Source: an uncultured delta proteobacterium (lineage in GTDB: Bacteria; Desulfobacterota; Binatia; UBA9968). From it: a stretch of DNA of 64,000 bases. Both the position numbers and the translations under genes were made by a program. This document shows, piece by piece, positions 61,162 through 64,000 of this stretch. The stretch covers positions 8,110-72,109 of the forward strand of contig CAWJBB010000067.1 in NCBI GenBank assembly GCA_963840855.1. Direction: 5' to 3'. Within the stretch, counting starts at the first letter, position 1. Every line of letters begins with the position of its first letter. The notes under the pieces were generated by a model, which made no database searches, had not been told where the DNA came from, and saw only the letters and a program-made list of their open reading frames with translations.

Positions 61162-62289
61162 CTATTTGCTCGATCTGCCGAATATCTCGTTAAACAACTT
61201 GTCCGCCGGCCGGCGATCGGAAAACTTATCATCGTCGCCGTCGAAATAGTCCACGCCGTCCTTTCTCTGCGATTCTTCAGGCACGTCGTTTTTGGGAATG
61301 TCGACTCTGAGGGAGTTCGATCCCGTGCGAGTGCGTCCCTTTCGGCCTTTCTGGACCTGCATTTGCCCTTCGCGGGATAAAAGCCAGTTAACGAAAACCT
61401 TCGCCGCATTGGGATGAGGCGCGTTCTGGAGCAGACTCAGCGTGCCTCCCGAAGAACTCAATGTGCCGCCTTCTTTCAAACGCGGAATCTGACCCACCGG
61501 TAGGCCTTGCTGCATGGCCCTGTCCATTTCATCCGAAACGCAGGGAATGCAGAGTGAGAACTTCCCCGCCGCCAGCCAGTCGACGGGTTGGCGATAGTCT
61601 CGCGCTATCGTAACATCCGACTCGCCGTAGAGTTTTCTTATGAACTCAGGTCCGAGCTTGGCATGGTAATAGAAAAATAGCACAGGATTGTCCATGCCGC
61701 GCATCCGTGGATCCGCTGCTACGATCTTGCCCTTCCACCTGGGCTGAATGAGGTCCCAGTAGGAACTAAATTCCCGCGGGTTGACGGCGTTGGCGTTGTA
61801 ATTGATATCGACTCTGCCGGCATTGCCAATATAGGCGTAGACATATTTGTTTTCGGGATCGACGTATTTGTGTTCTCCGCGCCACCACTTCGTTTCGTCC
61901 AAAACTTCAGGCAGGACCAAAAGCGGCTTGATGGGGTCCAACACCTTGCCGACGTAAAGCGTCGCGAACGCAGTGCCCTTGCCGCCGGCGAAGATATCGA
62001 CGAGATATTTACCCGCGCGCCGCTCGGCCACGATGCGCGGTCCCAAATCGTTGCCCCGGCCGCGCAGCTGATTGACCTTGATTTTCGGATAGGCCCGCTC
62101 AAATGCTTGGACCGTCTCTTCGGTGAGCGGTCCGGCGTCAAAGATATAAATGCTAACAAGGCCTTCTTTTTCGGCCGCCACAACCGTTTTTTCCCATTCG
62201 ATCCTCCAGGCGGGCCTTGCCTCCGCGGCCAAACCAACGCCGCCGCCAAAAAGCAGGACATAAATAACCAAGAGTGCGTTCAGAACCAT
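61162..62289 (-). CDS. ABC-type solute-binding protein
   Basis: AEKEG, AERRAGKYLVD, SYWDLIQPRWKGKI, APHPNAAKVFVNWLLSREGQ. Confidence 0.85.
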   Translation of the reverse strand: MVLNALLVIYVLLFGGGVGLAAEARPAWRIEWEKTVVAAEKEGLVSIYIFDAGPLTEETVQAFERAYPKIKVNQLRGRGNDLGPRIVAERRAGKYLVDIFAGGKGTAFATLYVGKVLDPIKPLLVLPEVLDETKWWRGEHKYVDPENKYVYAYIGNAGRVDINYNANAVNPREFSSYWDLIQPRWKGKIVAADPRMRGMDNPVLFFYYHAKLGPEFIRKLYGESDVTIARDYRQPVDWLAAGKFSLCIPCVSDEMDRAMQQGLPVGQIPRLKEGGTLSSSGGTLSLLQNAPHPNAAKVFVNWLLSREGQMQVQKGRKGRTRTGSNSLRVDIPKNDVPEESQRKDGVDYFDGDDDKFSDRRPADKLFNEIFGRSSK

Positions 62290-62889
62290 ATTCCGTTCTT
62301 GCCAAAAACCTCGCTAAACAAATGTCTGCCGGACCCCGATCGGGAAACTTTTTTATCCTTCGTTTAACGCGAGGGCGCCTGCGTCCGCCACTCTAAAAGG
62401 GGTGCTGGTAGCTGTCAAACATTTTTTTGAATCCAGTTAAGCTCATATATACAACGTCATACCTCCTGGCTAAGGCGGACTTGATCCCTTTCGTCACGCT
62501 ATTTTGAAAATTATTGGTTGTCGGTTAAAAAATGACCTCCATAGATCCATTTGAACGCACGATCTCACTCCGACCTGACCTCAGGTATCCCACGTTTCCA
62601 AGCACACCGGACTTTTCGATCAATCTTCGGGTAGCAACCCACATATCTCTTCGCGCATCCTTGAGCGCATGATCACTTCTCCGGCGGTTTCTGGGGTCGC
62701 AGTCCATTATAGGAATTTACCATTTGACAGTGCGTCGGCATCGGAAGTAAAAACCGCGGAAGACGTGCCCGACGGAAGGATGCGAAATGTGCTCGCCTGT
62801 TCGTTTCATATTCCTCCCTCCTGCGGGCGAATCAAGAGCTCCAAGTCCACTAAGCGGGAACCTGGCATGACCGTACCGGATATTAAGCG

Positions 62890-64000
62890 ATGCATCCTAA
62901 CGAAGAAATGAGCACTGAACCCGGCCTGCCAACGGTCCGAGAAGTAGGTTGGGTTAGCGCGTTTCTAGCGGTTCTTCTTTTCCTCTTTTTTAGCACACCG
63001 ATTTTCCGATCGGAGATTCTGTCGCCTGCTGACCTCCTGTTGAAATCCGAACCCTGGCGTCAGTCTGCCCCCCCTGATTTCGAACCGGCCAACGCTCTCC
63101 TTTCTGACTACGTGTTCCAAATGCGACCATGGCGGTCACTGGCGATTTCATCCCTAAAAGACGGTCAAATTCCTCTGTGGGATCCGTATAACTATGCGGG
63201 CGCACCTTTTTTGGCCAATGGCCAATCAGCAGTTTTATTCCCATTGAACTTACTCTTCCTGATCCTTCCAGATGCCGTGGGGACGCTACTCGGAGCAATG
63301 GCTCGGCTCTTTATCGCTGGCCTCTCAGCTTACTTGTTCGCACGCGTGATCGGCCTCCGTGTTCTCGGAGCATCCATAGCTGGATTGGGGTTTTCCTTTT
63401 CCGGATTCCAGATCGTATGGCTGCTCTATCCAGTCGTTAACGTTGCCATTTGGCTCCCCGCCCTCTTTCTCGGCACAGAGGCGATCGCGCGGCGACCGAC
63501 GGCGCCCCGAATGGTCGCTCTTGCGGCCGTCGTCTGCATTCAGTTTCTCGGCGGCCATCCCGAGACCTCATTGCACATGCTGTCAGCGATCTCGTTCTAT
63601 GCATGTTGGCGGGCAGCTATGGCGTTTAAGCGGGAACGGAATTGGTACCGGGTAGTGCACCGTCTCGCTATCTTCGCGGGAGCGTTGCTTCTTGGAACTG
63701 CGGGGGCGGCAGTCCAGCTCATGCCTCTAGGGGCTTATATCCTAGAAAGCGCGAACTTACGAGGACGGCTTGATCAGGCATTGCCGCTTTGGTCCCTTCC
63801 ACGACCTCGGTTTCTAGCGATGCTCGCCTTGGTCTGCCCTTACTGCTTTGGCAGCCACCTTCGAGGCGATCTCCCTCTGGGCGTCTTCCTTGGAGTCGGG
63901 AATTTCAATGAGCTCAACGGAGGCTATGTCGGCTTAATCTCTCTGGTGTTGGTCACTGTTGCGATTGCGCTGGGTAATCGCCGCGGCCTCGATCTATTCT
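62890..64000 (+). CDS. YfhO-like polytopic membrane glycosyltransferase (GT-C); 3'-truncated by the window edge, absent from the ORF track
   Basis: Frame read from ATG 62890/62908; GQIPLWDPYNYAGAPFLANGQSAVLFP, GGHPE, many TM segments. Confidence 0.8.
   Translation, partial: MHPNEEMSTEPGLPTVREVGWVSAFLAVLLFLFFSTPIFRSEILSPADLLLKSEPWRQSAPPDFEPANALLSDYVFQMRPWRSLAISSLKDGQIPLWDPYNYAGAPFLANGQSAVLFPLNLLFLILPDAVGTLLGAMARLFIAGLSAYLFARVIGLRVLGASIAGLGFSFSGFQIVWLLYPVVNVAIWLPALFLGTEAIARRPTAPRMVALAAVVCIQFLGGHPETSLHMLSAISFYACWRAAMAFKRERNWYRVVHRLAIFAGALLLGTAGAAVQLMPLGAYILESANLRGRLDQALPLWSLPRPRFLAMLALVCPYCFGSHLRGDLPLGVFLGVGNFNELNGGYVGLISLVLVTVAIALGNRRGLDLF

Noticed and set aside
62525-62707. Short minus-strand ORF as a possible gene remnant
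   Set aside because: Could not be assigned to any family from the sequence alone.

Overview
GC-rich bacterial chromosomal segment. The many orphan Bug/TctC and ABC solute-binding proteins, CoA-transferases, MmgE/PrpD and cupin genes, and the heptamer/nonamer intergenic repeats resemble uncultured Binatia/Deltaproteobacteria (inference from gene content). The left part carries a 5'-truncated cyclic beta-1,2-glucan synthase, a long ICL2-type isocitrate lyase, several hydrolases (one RhlA/PhaG-like) and a three-gene NAD-linked formate dehydrogenase. It also holds a secreted rhodanese whose catalytic codon is an in-frame TGA followed by a SECIS-like hairpin (candidate selenoprotein). Acyl-CoA catabolic genes follow. 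An accessory zone at about 34-49 kb contains pseudogene relics (amidohydrolases, RNase HI, RAYT transposase, group II intron 3' end, MmgE), a toxin-antitoxin pair and a SRAP gene. The right part has a LigC/Prim-PolC pair, an acyl-CoA dehydrogenase pair, a run of solute-binding proteins and a 3'-truncated YfhO-like gene. At least seven genes carry one-base insertions, most simply explained as sequencing or assembly errors. Intergenic DNA is dense with nested palindromic repeats and MITEs, and one repeat family appears split around a cargo gene. No rRNA, tRNA or CRISPR array was recognised.
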